Below, piece after piece: positions 1-44,010 of a DNA stretch of 64,000 nt (position 1 is its first letter; every line of letters starts with the position of its first letter). Source of the stretch: Eledone cirrhosa (Eukaryota); the NCBI GenBank assembly GCA_964016885.1, contig OZ024741.1:24738001-24802000 (forward strand), read 5' to 3'. Below the pieces are notes generated by a model. That model did not search any database. It worked only from the letters and a program-made list of their open reading frames with translations, and was not told the DNA's origin. Position numbers and translations under genes: made by a program.

Positions 1-3000
1 AGGTATATATATATATACTCTCTCAGTCAGGTATATATATATATATACTCTCTTAGTCAGGTATATATACACTCTCTCAGTCAGTTATATATATACTCTC
101 TCAGTCAGGTATATATACTCTCTCAGTCAGGTATATATACTCTCTCAGTCAGGTATATATACTCTCTCAGTCTGGTATATACACTCTCTCAGTCAGGTAT
201 ATACACTCTCTCAGTCAGGTATATATACTCTCTCAGTCAGGTATATATATACTCTCTCAGTCAGATATATATATATATATATACTCTCTTAGTCAGGTAT
301 ATATAATCTCCCAGTCAGATATATATACTCTCTCACTCAGGTATATATATACTCTCTCAGTCGGGTATATATACTTTCTCAGTCAGGTATATATACTCTC
401 TCAGTCAGGTATATACACTCTCTCAGTCAGGTATATACACTCTCTCAGTCAGGTATATATACTCTCTCAGTCAGGTATATATATACTCTCTCAGTCAGAT
501 ATATATATATATATATATACTCTCTTAGTCAGGTATATATAATCTCCCAGTTAGATATATATACTCTCTCAGTCAGGTATATATATACTCTCTCAGTCAT
601 ATATATATATATATATATACTCTCTTAGTCAGGTATATATAATCTCCCAGTCAGGTATATAAACTCTCTCAGTCAGGTATATATACTCTCTCAGTCAGGT
701 ATATATATACTCTCTCAGTCAGGTATATATATACTCTCTCAGTCAGATATATATATATACTCTCTTAGTCAGGTATATATATATACTCTCTCAGTCAGGT
801 ATATATATACTCTCTCAGTCAGATATATATATATACTCTCTGAGTCAGGTATATATACTCTCTCAGTCAGGTATATATACTCTCTCAGTCAGGTATATAT
901 AATCTCTCAGTCAGGTATATATACTCTCTCAGTCAGGTATATATACTCTCTCAGTCAGGTATATATATACTCTCTCAGTCAGGTATATACACTCTCTCAC
1001 TCAGATATATATACTCTCTCAGTCAGGTATATATATATACTCTCTCAGTCAGGTATATATACTCTCTCAGTCAGGTATATATATACTCTCTCAGTGAGGT
1101 ATATATATACTCTCTCAGTCAGGTATATATATATATACTCTCTTAGTCAGGTATATATACACTCTCTCAGTCAGTTATATATATACTCTCTCAGTCAGGT
1201 ATATATACTCTCTCAGTCAGGTATATATACTCTCTCAGTCAGGTATATATATATATATACTCTCTTAGTCAGGTATATACACTCTCTCAGTCAGTTATAT
1301 ATATACTCTCAGTCAGATATATATACTCTCTCAGTCAGGTATATATACTCTCTCAGTCAGGTATATATAATCTCTCAGTCAGGTATATATACTCTCTCAG
1401 TCAGGTATATATACTCTCTCAGTCAGGTATATATACTCTCTCAGTCAGGTATATATACTCTGTCAGTCAGGTATATATACTCTCTCAGTCAGGTATATAT
1501 ACTCTCTCAGTCAGGTATATATACTCTCTCAGTCAGGTATATATATACTCTCTCAGTCAGGTATATATACTCTCTCAGTCAGGTATATATACTCTCTCAG
1601 TCAGGTATATATACTCTCTCAGTCAGGTATATATACTCTCTCAGTCAGGTATATATACTCTCTCAGTCAGGTATATATACTCTCTCAGTCAGGTATATAT
1701 ATACTCTCTCAGTCAGGTATATATATATACTCTCTCAGTCAGGTATATATACTCTCTCAGTCAGGTATATATACTCTCTCAGTCAGGTATATATACTCTC
1801 TCAGTCAGGTATATATACTCTCTCAGTCAGGTATATATACTCTCTCAGTCAGGTATATATATACTCTCTCAGTCAGATATATATATATATACTCTCTTAG
1901 TCAGGTATATATATATACTCTCTCAGTCAGGTATATATATACCCTCTCAGTCAGATATATATATATACTCTCTCAGTCAGGTATATATACTCTCTCAGTC
2001 AGGTATATATACTCTCTCAGTCAGGTATATATAATCTCTCAGTGAGGTATATATACTCTCTCAGTCAGATATATATATATACTCTCTTAGTCAGGTATAT
2101 ATACTCTCAGTCAGGTATATATATATATACTCTCTTAATCAGGTATATATACTCTCTCAGTCAGAGATATATATATATACTCTCTCAGAGAGGTATCTAT
2201 ACTTTCTCAGTCAGGTATATATAATCTCTCAGTCAGGTATATATACTCTCTCAGTCAGGTATATATACTCTCTCAGTCAGGTATATATACTCTCTCAGTC
2301 AGGTATATACACTCTCTCAGTCAGATATATATACTCTCTCAGTCAGGTATATATATATACTCTCTGAGTCAGGTATATATACTCTCTGAGTCAGGTATAT
2401 ATACTCTCTCAGTCAGGTATATATATACTCTCTCAGTCAGGTATATATATACTCTCTCAGTCAGGTATATATACTCTCTCAGTCAGGTATATATATATAT
2501 ACTCTCTCAGTCAGGTATATATACTCTCTCAGTCAGGTATATATACTCTCTCAGCCAGGTATATATACTCTCTCAGTCAGGTATATACACTCTCTCAGTC
2601 AGATATATATACTCTCTCAGTCAGGTATATATATATATACTCTCTCAGTCAGGTATATATACTCTCTCAGTCAGGTATATATACTCTCTCAGTCAGGTAT
2701 ATATACTCTCTCAGTCAGGTATATATATACTCTCTCAGTCAGGTATATATACTCTCTCAGTCAGGTATATATACTCTCTCAGTCAGGTATATACACTCTC
2801 TCAGTCAGGTATATACACTCTCTCAGTCAGGTATATATACTCTCTCAGTCAGGTATATATATATATATACTCTCTCAGTCAGATATATATATATATATAC
2901 TCTCTCAGTCAGGTATATATACTCTCTCAGTCAGGTATATATATACTCTCTCAGTCAGGTATATATACTCTTTCAGTCAGGTATATACACTCTCTCAGTC

Positions 3001-6000
3001 AGGTATATATACTCTCTCAGTCAGGAATATATATACTCTCTCAGTCAGATATATATATATATACTCTCTTAGTCAGGTATATATATATACTCTCTCAGTC
3101 AGGTATATATATACTCTCTCAGTCAGATATATATATATATACTCTCTTAGTCAGGTATATATATATACTCTTTCAGTCAGGTATATACACTCTCTCAGTC
3201 AGGTATATATACTCTCTCAGTCAGGTATATATACTCTCTCAGTCAGTTATATATATACTCTCTCAGTCAGGTATATATACTCTCTCAGTCAGGTATATAT
3301 AATCTCTCAGTCAGGTATATATACTCTCTCAGTCAGATATATATATATACTCTCTTAATCAGGTATATATACTCTCAGTCAGGTATATATACTCTCTCTG
3401 TCAGGTATATATATATATATACTCTCTTAGTCAGGTATATATACTCTCTCAGTCCGAGATATATATATATACTCTCTCAGACAGGTATCTATACTCTCTC
3501 AGTTAGGTATATATACTCTCTCTGTCAGGTATATATAATCTCTCAGTCAGGTATATATACTCTCTCAGTCAGGTATATATACTCTCTCAGTCAGGTATAT
3601 ATACTCTCTCAGTCAGGTATATACACTCTCTCAGTCAGATATATATACTCTCTCAGTCAGGTATAGATATATACTCTCTCAGTCAGGTATATATACTCTC
3701 TCAGTCAGGTATATATACTCTCTCAGTGAGGTATATATATACTCTCTCAGTGAGGTATATATATACTCTCTCAGTCAGGTATATATACTCTCTCAGTCAG
3801 GTATATATAATCTCTCAGTCAGGTATATATATACATACTCTCTCAGTCAGGTATATATATACTCTCTCAGTCAGGTATATATATACATACTCTCTCAGTC
3901 AGGTATATATATATATACTCTCTTAGTCAGGTATATACACTCTCTCAGTCAGTTATTAATATACTCTCTCAGTCAGGTATATATACTCTCTCAGTCAGGT
4001 ATATATATATATACTCTCTCAGTCAGGTATATATATATATACTCTCTTAGTCAGGTATATACACTCTCTCAGTCAGTTATATATATACTCTCTCAGTCAG
4101 GTATATATACTCTCTCAGTCAGGTATATATAATCTCTCAGTCAGGTACATATACTCTCTCAGTCAGGTATATATACTCTCTCAGTCAGGTATATATACTC
4201 TCTCAGTCAGGTATATATACTCTCTCAGTCAGGTATATATATACTCTCTCAGTCAGGTATATATACTCTCTCAGTCAGGTATATACACTCTCTCAGTCAG
4301 GTATATATACTCTCTCAGTCAGGTATATATATACTCTCTCAGTCAGATATATATATATATATATACTCTCTTAGTCAGGTATATATAATCTCCCAGTCAG
4401 GTATATATACTCTCTCAGTCAGGTATATATACACTCTCAGTCAGGTATATATATACTCTCTCAGTCAGGTATATATATACTCTCTCAGTCAGATATATAT
4501 ATATACTCTCTTAGTCAGGTATATATATATACTCTCTCAGTCAGGTATATATATACTCTCTCAGTCAGATATATATATATACTCTCTGAGTCAGGTATAT
4601 ATACTCTCTCAGTCAGGTATATATACTCTCTCAGTTAGGTATATATAATCTCTCAGTCAGGTATATATACTCTCTCAGTCAGGTATATATACTCTCTCAG
4701 TCAGGTATATATATACTCTCTCAGTCAGGTATATACACTCTCTCACTCAGATATATATACTCTCTCAGTCAGGTATATATATATACTCTCTCAGTCAGGT
4801 ATATATACTCTCTCAGTCAGGTATATATATACTCTCTCAGTGAGGTATATATATACTCTCTCAGTCAGGTATATATACTCTCTCAGTCAGGTATATATAT
4901 ATATACTCTCTTAGTCAGGTATATATACACTCTCTCAGTCAGTTATATATATACTCTCTCAGTCAGGTATATATACTCTCTCAGTCAGGTATATATACTC
5001 TCTCAGTCAGGTATATATATATATACTCTCTTAGTCAGGTATATACACTCTCTCAGTCAGTTATATATATACTCTCAGTCAGATATATATACTCTCTCAG
5101 TCAGGTATATATACTCTCTCAGTCAGGTATATATAATCTCTCAGTCAGGTATATATACTCTCTCAGTCAGGTATATATACTCTCTCAGTCAGGTATATAT
5201 ACTCTCTCAGTCAGGTATATATACTCTCTCAGTCAGGTATATATACTCTCTCAGTCAGGTATATATACTCTCTCAGTCAGGTATATATACTCTCTCAGTC
5301 AGGTATATATATACTCTCTCAGTCAGGTATATATACTCTCTCAGTCAGGTATATATACTCTCTCAGTCAGGTATATATACTCTCTCAGTCAGGTATATAT
5401 AATCTCTCAGTCAGGTATATATACTCTCTCAGTCAGGTATATATACTCTCTCAGTCAGGTATATATATACTCTCTCAGTCAGGTATATATATATACTCTC
5501 TCAGTCAGGTATATATACTCTCTCAGTCAGGTATATATACTCTCTCAATCAGGTATATATACTCTCTCAGTCAGGTATATATACTCTCTCAGTCAGGTAT
5601 ATATACTCTCTCAGTCAGGTATATATATACTCTCTCAGTCAGATATATATATATATACTCTCTTAGTCAGGTATATATATATACTCTCTCAGTCAGGTAT
5701 ATATATACCCTCTCAGTCAGATATATATATATACTCTCTCAGTCAGGTATATATACTCTCTCAGTCAGGTATATATACTCTCTCAGTCAGGTATATATAA
5801 TCTCTCAGTCAGGTATATATACTCTCTCAGTCAGATATATATATATACTCTCTTAGTCAGGTATATATACTCTCAGTCAGGTATATATATATATACTCTC
5901 TTAATCAGGTATATATACTCTCTCAGTCAGAGATATATATATATACTCTCTCAGAGAGGTATCTATACTTTCTCAGTCAGGTATATATAATCTCTCAGTC

Positions 6001-8660
6001 AGGTATATATACTCTCTCAGTCAGGTATATATACTCTCTCAGTCAGGTATATATACTCTCTCAGTCAGGTATATACACTCTCTCAGTCAGATATATATAC
6101 TCTCTCAGTCAGGTATATATATATACTCTCTGAGTCAGGTATATATACTCTCTCAGTCAGGTATATATACTCTCTCAGTCAGGTATATATATACTCTCTC
6201 AGTCAGGTATATATATACTCTCTCAGTCAGGTATATATACTCTCTCAGTCAGGTATATATATATATATACTCTCTCAGTCAGGTATATATACTCTCTCAG
6301 TCAGGTATATATACTCTCTCAGCCAGGTATATATACTCTCTCAGTCAGGTATATACACTCTCTCAGTCAGATATATATACTCTCTCAGTCAGGTATATAT
6401 ATATACTCTCTCAGTCAGGTATATATACTCTCTCAGTCAGGTATATATACTCTCTCAGTCAGGTATATATACTCTCTCAGTCAGGTATATATACTCTCTC
6501 AGTCAGGTATATATACTCTCTCAGTCAGGTATATATATACTCTCTCAGTCAGGTATATATACTCTCTCAGTCAGGTATATATACTCTCTCAGTCAGGTAT
6601 ATACACTCTCTCAGTCAGGTATATACACTCTCTCAGTCAGGTATATATACTCTCTCAGTCAGGTATATATACTCTCTCAGTCAGGTATATATACTCTCTC
6701 AGTCAGGTATATATACTCTCTCAGTCAGGTATATATACTCTCTCAGTCAGATATATATATATATATATACTCTCTCAGTCAGGTATATATTCTCTCTCAG
6801 TCAGGTATATATATACTCTCTCAGTCAGGTATATATACTCTCTCAGTCAGGTATATATATATATACTCTCTCAGTGAGGTATATATATACTCTCTCAGTG
6901 AGGTATATATATACTCTCTCAGTCAGGTATATATACTCTCTCAGTCAGGTATATATACTCTCTCAGTCAGGTATATATATACATACTCTCTCAGTCAGGT
7001 ATATATATACTCTCTCAGTCAGGTATATATATACATACTCTCTCAGTCAGGTATATATATATATACTCTCTTAGTCAGGTATATACACTCTCTCAGTCAG
7101 TTATATATATACTCTCTCAGTCAGGTATATATACTCTCTCAGTCAGGTATATATATATATACTCTCTCAGTCAGGTATATATATATATACTCTCTTAGTC
7201 AGGTATATACACTCTCTCAGTCAGTTATATATATACTCTCTCAGTCAGGTATATATACTCTCTCAGTCAGGTATATATAATCTCTCAGTCAGGTACATAT
7301 ACTCTCTCAGTCAGGTATATATACTCTCTCAGTCAGGTATATATACTCTCTCAGTCAGGTATATATACTCTCTCAGTCAGGTATATATATACTCTCTCAG
7401 TCAGGTATATATACTCTCTCAGTCAGGTTATATACTCTCTCAGTCATATATATATATATATACTCTCTTAGTCAGGTATATATATACTCTCTCAGTCAGA
7501 TATATATATATACTCTCTCAGTCAGATATATATATATACTCTCTTAGTCAGGTATATATACTCTCTCAGTCAGGTATATATACTCTCTCAGTCAGATATA
7601 TATATATACTCTCTTAGTCAGGTATATATACTCTCTCAGTCAGGTATATATTTATATACTCTCTCAGTCAGGTATATATACTCTCTCAGTCAGGTATATA
7701 TACTCTCTCAGTCAGGTATATATACTCTCTCAGTCAGGTATATATATTCTCTCAGTCAGGTATATATATATACTCTCTCAGTGAGGTATATATATACTCT
7801 CTCAGTCAGGTATATATACTCTCTCAGTCAGGTATATATATACTCTCTCAGTCAGGTATATATATACTCTCTCAGTCAGGTATATATACTCTCTCAGTCA
7901 GGTATATATATACTCTCTCAGTCAGATATATATACTCCCTCAGTCAGGTATATATATATACTCTCTCAGTCAGATATATATATATACTCTCTCAGTCAGG
8001 TATATATACTCTCTCAGTCAGGTATATATACTCTCTCAGTCAGGTATATATACTCTCTCAGTCAGGTATATATACTCTCTCAGTCAGGTATATATACTCT
8101 CTTAGTCAGGTATATATACTCTCTCAGTCAGGTATATACACTCTCTCAGTCAGGTATATATACTCTCTCAGTCAGGTATATATACTCTCTCAGTCAGGTA
8201 TATACACTCTCTCAGTCAGGTATATATACTCTCTCAGTCAGGTATATATACTCTCTCAGTCAGGTATATATACTCTCTATCAGGTATATATACTCTCTCA
8301 GTCAGGTATATATATACTCTCTCAGTCAGGTATATATACTCTCTCAGTCAGATATATATATACACTCTCTCAGTCAGGTATATATACTCTCTCAGTCAGA
8401 TATATATATATACACTCTCTCAGTCAGATATATATATACACTCTCTCAGTCAGGTATATATATATATATATATACTCTCTCAGTCAGGTATATATACTCT
8501 TTCAGTCAGGTATATATACTCTCTCAGTCAGCTATATATATACTCTCTCAGTCAGGTATATATACTCTTTCAGTCAGGTATATATACTCTCAGTCAGGTA
8601 TATATACTCTTTCAGTCAGGTATATATACTCTCTTAGTCAGGTATATATATATATATATA
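1..8660. repeat. Satellite array, ~22-bp unit CTCTCTCAGTCAGG(TA)n with variable TA number
   Basis: Uninterrupted tandem copies from base 1. The array lies 3' of exon 10 of peroxidase-like copy A, so it is probably intronic. Confidence 0.97.
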
Positions 8661-10698
8661 TAGAGTCATTATGATAGATTACTAAATGAGGAGAATGCAT
8701 GGGAAGAAGAGACCCTACCCCAAGTAGACCCTATAGAGGGGCCAGCAGTACAAGTCAGCAGCAGCATAGTAAGTAAGGCAATCAAAGATATGAAGATGGG
8801 GAAGGCAACCGGTCCATCGGGTATAGCTGCCAAGATGCTGAAGGCATCTGGGTCTGTAGGTCACACTATAACCACACGTATTGGTCACCAGGTAATACTA
8901 GGTGTCATACCAAAAGATTGGTGCAGTAGCATCATTATCAACTGCTACAAAGGTAAAGGTGATGCACTAGATAGAGGAAACTATAGAGGTATAAAGCTGA
9001 TGGACCAGGTCATGAAAGTAACAGAAAGAGTTATAGAACAGTTGATTAGGGACCGGGTGAAACTAGACGAGATGCAATTTGGGTTTGTACCAGGAAGAGG
9101 CACCACTGATGCCCTCTTCCTTGTCAGGCAGTTACAGGAAAAGTACCTAGCTAAAAGTAAGCCACTCTACCTGGCATTTGTCGATCTTGAGAAAGCCTTT
9201 GACAGAGTTCCACGTGCTGTAATCTGGTGGGCTCTTAGAAAACTAGGAGTAGATGAATGGCTTGTGAAAACGGTACAAGCCATGTATAGGGGAGCAGTCA
9301 GCAAAGTTAGGATTAGCAATGAGTATAGCGAGGAATTTAGCGTACAGGTTGGGGTCCACCAGGGCTCTGTTCTTAGCCCCCTCCTGTTCATCATAGTCCT
9401 GCAGGCAATAACGGAGGAGTTTAAGACCGGATGCCCATGGGAACTCCTGTATGCTGATGACCTCGCACTTATAGCTGAATCTATGGTAGAACTAGAGAAG
9501 AAATTCCAAACTTGGAAGCAGGGACTAGAAAGAAAGGGTCTCAAAGTCAACATGACAAAGACTAAGGTCCTTGTAAGTAGACGAGAAAACAGAACCCAGA
9601 TCCCCTCAGGGAAATGGCCTTGCTCAGTATGTAGGAAAGGTGTAGGTAGGAACTCCATTCTCTGCCCCAAATGCAAACAATGGGTACACAAGAGATGTAG
9701 CGGGATCTCAGGAAGCTTAATTAAGAATGTTGGCTTCACATGCAGCAGCTGTGCTGAAACAGCAAGCAAACAGCCACAGGAAACAAGTACCACCAATCTC
9801 TGGGAGGGCTCTGTAGAAACAGTAGACAGCTTCTGCTACCTAGGTGACCGAATTAGCAACGGAGGTGGGTGTTCAGAAAGTACAATAACTAGGGTAAGAA
9901 CGGGATGGAAGAAGTTTAGGGAACTACTACCACTGCTAGCTGAAAAAGGCTTCTCCCTCAAAATGAAAGGCAGACTGTATGATGCGTGTATCCGAACAGT
10001 GATGTTACATGGTAGTGAGACCTGGGCGCTGAAGGTGGAAGACTTACGTAGATTAGAGAGAAACGAAGCCTGCATTCTCCGATGGATGTGTAATAGTAAT
10101 ATACGCGAACGATAAAGCATAAATGAATTGAGAGAGACTGAGCATAAGAGGAATCAAATGCTGTGTGCAGAAGAGGCAGTTGCGTTGGTATGGACATGTG
10201 ATGCGTATGAAGGATGACAGCTGCATAAAAAGGTGCAGAGCACTAAAAGTCAATGGAAACCACGGAGTGGGGAGACCCAAGATGACCTGGGATGAGGTGA
10301 TAAAAGCCGACCTTACCCAATTACACCTCTCAAAGGCGATGACACACGACCGTGACCTCTGGCGTCACGCAGTAATACAGAGTACTCGACCTCCCATGAG
10401 TACAAGCTGAAGCATATAGACAATATGCCCCCACTGCAAGGTGGTCGTGGAGGTGCCACGGCAAAACAGCACCCAGCCCACACTGTAAAGTGGACGTGTA
10501 GGCGCCACGGAAAAGCACACAGCACTTACTGTAAATGAGGTTGGTGTTAGGAAGGGCATCCAGCTGTAGAAATCAAGCCAAATCAGTTCCTGTATGAGCA
10601 AGGCATGGTCAGCCGACCAGACACTGCCCACAACAGGACAACCCATCTAACCCATGCTAGCGTGGAAGAACGGACGTAAAACGGTGATGATGATGATG
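8661..10698 (+). mobile_element. 5'-truncated RTE-clade LINE inserted into the satellite
   Basis: RT motifs (MQFGF..GRGTTDA, AFVDLEKAFD, VHQGSVLSPLLF, LYADD), an RTE-type C-terminus (LHGSETW, RWYGHVMR), a 3' UTR and a (GAT)n tail. Satellite lies on both sides. Confidence 0.95.
8790..10410 (+). pseudogene. RTE reverse transcriptase ORF with a PHD-like Cys/His finger, premature stop at ~10113
   Basis: 441-aa ORF. Downstream RTE C-terminal coding resumes at 10165-10410. The sister copy at ~21005 reads through this position. Confidence 0.85.
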
Positions 10699-11352
10699 GT
10701 ACTCTCTCAGTCAGGTATATATACTCTCTCAGTCAGATATATATACTTTCTCTCAGTCAGGTATATATATATATATACTCTCTTAGTCAGGTATATATAC
10801 TCTCTCAGTCAGGTATATATACTCTCTCAGTCAGGTATATATACTCTCTCAGTCAGGTATATATACTCTCTCAGTCAGGTATATATACTCTCTCAGTCAG
10901 GTATATATACTCTCTCAGTCAGGTATATATACACTCTCTCAGTCAGTTATATATATACTCTCTCAGTCAGGTATATATACTCTCTCAGTCAGGTATATAT
11001 AATCTCTCAGTCAGGTATATATACACTCTCTCAGTCAGATATATATACTCTCTCAGTCAGGTATATATATACTCTCTCAGTCAGGTATATATATATACAC
11101 TCTCTCAGTCAGGTATATATACTCTCTCAGTCAGATATATATACTCTCTCAGTCAGGTATATATACACTCTCTTAGTCAGGTATATATACTCTCTCAGTC
11201 AGGTATATATACTCTCTCAGTCAGGTATATATACACTCTCTCAGTCAGATATATATATACTCTCTCAGTCAGGTATATATACACTCTCTCAGTCAGATAT
11301 ATATACTCTCTCAGTCAGGTATATATACACTCTCTCAGTCATATATATATAT
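10699..11352. repeat. Continuation of the ~22-bp satellite
   Basis: The same unit resumes directly after the (GAT)n tail of the LINE. Confidence 0.95.
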
Positions 11353-11505
11353 ACCTTATAAAGTTTCTCTTACCCAATGAAGTGATAGCTTGACAATAAA
11401 TGACAACAGTTCAATAGTGATTGTATCACATAAATGACTGCAGTTTTTTTATATGAGAAAAAGCAATAAATAAAATAAAATAAAATAGAAAATTAATGGA
11501 TTTAC

Positions 11506-40793
<29,288 letters not shown>

Positions 40794-41039
40794 CCTGTGG
40801 TGGTGGGGAGAGGAGACAGTTATTAGTGAAATGGCAATCATCATCATCAACAACAATTTTAACAACATTATCTTCATTATCATCATTAGCAGCAGCATCA
40901 TCAACATTATCATCATCTTCAACAACACTATCATTATCACCATCATCATATCATCATTATCTTCATTATCAACATGAGGGAAATTTTGTGCCATTTCTAG
41001 CAAAATGAGAAATTATGTAAAGACTCTTCTGAAGGCTCA

Positions 41040-41262
41040 CTTGAGGGATAGGAGTTGTTAACATTGTGTTGTGCTCCCTGACACACAACACTCTACGTAG
41101 ACATACTTGAGGGATAGGAGTTGTTAACATTGTGTTGTGCTCCCTGACACACAACACTCTACGTAGACATAACATTGTGTTGTGCTCCCTGACACACAAC
41201 ACTCTACGTAGACATATATATTGTGTTGTGCTCCCTGACACACAACACTCTACGTAGACATA
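41040..41262. repeat. Tandem repeat with a ~41-bp core x4 (mirror ~48200-48424)
   Basis: TTGTGTTGTGCTCCCTGACACACAACACTCTACGTAGACAT repeated. Confidence 0.85.
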
Positions 41263-41305
41263 CAATAATGTGTCTAGATACAGAACCTGCTTACTAACAA
41301 TACTA

Positions 41306-42588
41306 TATGATGTGCTATCAAAAAGTTTTCAGGCTAGTTCTGTAGTGTACCAATAGATGGCAACACATGGTTGTGCACACAGTGAGAGCTAGCAGTGATC
41401 TTCATGTGTTAGTGTGCCAAGTGACATTGCTGTGTTCACTTGCAAGTTATGAAATTTGTGTTTTTGTGATCACGTATGGTGTAGCTTGTGATTTTGTCAT
41501 GAACAAGAAGTTGGATCGAAGGGCTAATGTGAAATTTTGTGTTCAATTTGGAAAGTCTGTTACAGAGACATTGAGCATCCTTCGGCAAGCTTAGGGCAAC
41601 GAGGCAACGGGTCGTACACAGTGTTTTGGGTGACACAAGCGTTTCAAAAGCAGAAGAATGTCCCTGGAAGATGACAAGCAATCTGGATAACTTGCCATAA
41701 GCATCACCCTTGGAAATATCGCGAACATTAATCAGCTTGTGCATGAGGATAATTGGAGGACAATCAACGATATTGCTGATGTTATTGGCCTGTCATACAT
41801 GTCCATGCGGCAATCCTAACGGGGAATGTGTCACTGCCAAGTTTGTCTCCCGCCTGTTGACCACTGAGCAGAAAGAACAGCTCCTCGAATTTTGTCAAAA
41901 TCTCCATCAGCGTGACACTGATGACCTATCTGTCATGTTGAGAATCATCTCCGGTGATGACAGTTGGGTCTACGAATATGGCCCTGAGACGAAGCAGCAG
42001 TCAACACAGTGAAAAAGCCCTTCATCTCCATGATGGAAGAAGGAACGATAGAGCCACAGCTCAATCAAGAACATGCTCATTGTTTTTTTACGACATCCAT
42101 GGTATTGTGCATTGAGAATTCATCTCCCAGGGCCAAACAGTCAATTGAGAGTTCTGAGCTGTTTGAGGGAGGATGTTTGGCAAAAGCAACCGGGTCTGTG
42201 GAGTGCAAAGAATTCAATTCTTTGCAACGATAATGCACCCCATCACCGAGCTCTCCTCACTCATGAGTTTCTCACTAAAAACAACGTTGTATCACTTTCA
42301 AACCTGCCCTATTCACCAGATTTAGCACCTGTGAATTTCCATCTCTTCTCCAAGCTGAAAATGCAGTTCAAAACTCAGTTTTAACACTGTTGCCGAGATC
42401 CAGAGTGAATCACAGAAGGTTCTCAACTTGCTTATGGAAAACAACTTCCAGAAGTGGCAGGAATGCTGGGACTGGTGTATTGCTGTGCAAAGTGACTATT
42501 TCAAAGGAGATGATGTTAAAACTTAGGTAAATGTATTAGTTTTTTTTTAAACACAACTAGTCTGGGAACTCTTTGATGCCACCTCATA
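41306..42588 (+). mobile_element. Decayed mariner transposon
   Basis: Imperfect TIRs (TATGATGTGCTATCAAAAAGTT / AACTCTTTGATGCCACCTCATA) with TA flanks. Transposase remnants RANVKFCVQFGKS, ISGDDSWVYEY, DNAPHH and PYSPDLAP. Confidence 0.9.
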
Positions 42589-43834
42589 TAGAGATATACA
42601 GTTGTAACTGTTGATATACAACCTGGTCGCTGACACACAATGCTACATATAATGCGTATTTCCTTTTTGAAAATAGAAGTATTTGATTTAAGGATAATTG
42701 GCTACTATTTCAAGGAATATGAGTGACCACAGTTTGACTCAAGGAGAAAAGTTGTCTTACTCTGTAGAAAATGAACTTTGACTATAATAAGTAATAGATT
42801 TTAGACAGTAAATGAAAAGAAAATGTGAAATAAAATGATGAGGACTAAATAGTTATTTTGAAAGAAATAGATTAGGAACATATACTGTAAATATAGGAAA
42901 GATTAGGAAAGAATAAGAAGAAAAAAGAACCCCTAAAAATCAAATGTGAAAAAAGCCCCCTGTAATGAAGAGAATGATTTTGTGAGACAAACCTTGTCTA
43001 CAGGATCTATTGTGAAGAAATCAGGAATTTCACTGATGTAATTTAGAGAAAGATGTTGTAAAACAAACATTGCTAACCTTAAGTGTGCCCAAGAAACCAG
43101 TAATCTCACTGATGTTTGTAGTCTAGTTGTTCGAATATTCTGTCAAAGGAAACTTCTAGTAAGGCATATGTTCACAGCAAGTGTGAATCAAAATGCTGTT
43201 TGAGATGGGGAATCTCCCTCAATTTAAAGTATTCTGGTCAAAGAAATCAATTGGAGGCAATAAAAAATGGTATTTGATCCTCACACCTTCACTTCCACTA
43301 CCACCGCTAACTCTGTATGCTATGAATTGCATATGTGGCTGTGATTATAGGAGTAGTGGTGTTGGTATTGGTATGGTGGAGTTGGTATAGATAAATAGAT
43401 CAATAGATAGATAGGTAAGAAGAGAGGGTTGCTTACTCAGTAAGGATGATCTCACTAAATATTGGATGAAATATGAGAGACAAATTGACTGAAGCAGATG
43501 GTCGACCTTTAAATTCAACAAAAACTTATTTACCAGAGTTCACAATTGCTATCAGTAAAGTAAAGGATCAAACTTACTTCATCTTTACTGTTCAAAATAA
43601 ATTTGACACCAGTTTTGAAGAAAATTAATAGTTTTAGACTCCACAAACACTGACCTAAGAACTGAGATCAAAGAAAGAGCTGTTGCTTTCAGATCTCAAA
43701 TTGATTTGTTGTTTCCAGATAATTCCATAAATCCTGATTTCTTGTTGCCATCTTTGAGATGTCATATCTTTTATGACATTACAAATGTTTCTACATTTAA
43801 TAATATGTGAAATATTAAGGCCTATATATACTTG

Positions 43835-44010
43835 AAGTGGAAGTGTATGGCTTAGTGGTTAGGGTGTTAGGTTTTTGATTCTTAGATCAAGTACCGTACT
43901 GTGTCCTTCAGCAAAACACTTAATTTTCCATTGATCCAGTCGATTCTACTTAAAACTAGTGCCAGTTATAGCTGGGGCTTAACCTTCTGATGGAGTAGTG
44001 TCTTCTCCAA
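43835..44010 (+). mobile_element. SINE at the inner end of the left arm (mirror ~45453-45628)
   Basis: TGGCTTAGTGGTTAGGGTGTT head and GTCCTTCAGCAAAACACTTAATTTTCCATTG core. Confidence 0.65.

Noticed and set aside
1-11352. CRISPR-like regular repeat
   Set aside because: No unique spacers and no cas genes, in a eukaryotic intron context.
1094-11361. ORFs of YIYSLSQ/TLSVR type in the satellite
   Set aside because: They are translations of a stop-poor 22-bp unit whose frame shifts freely with TA number.
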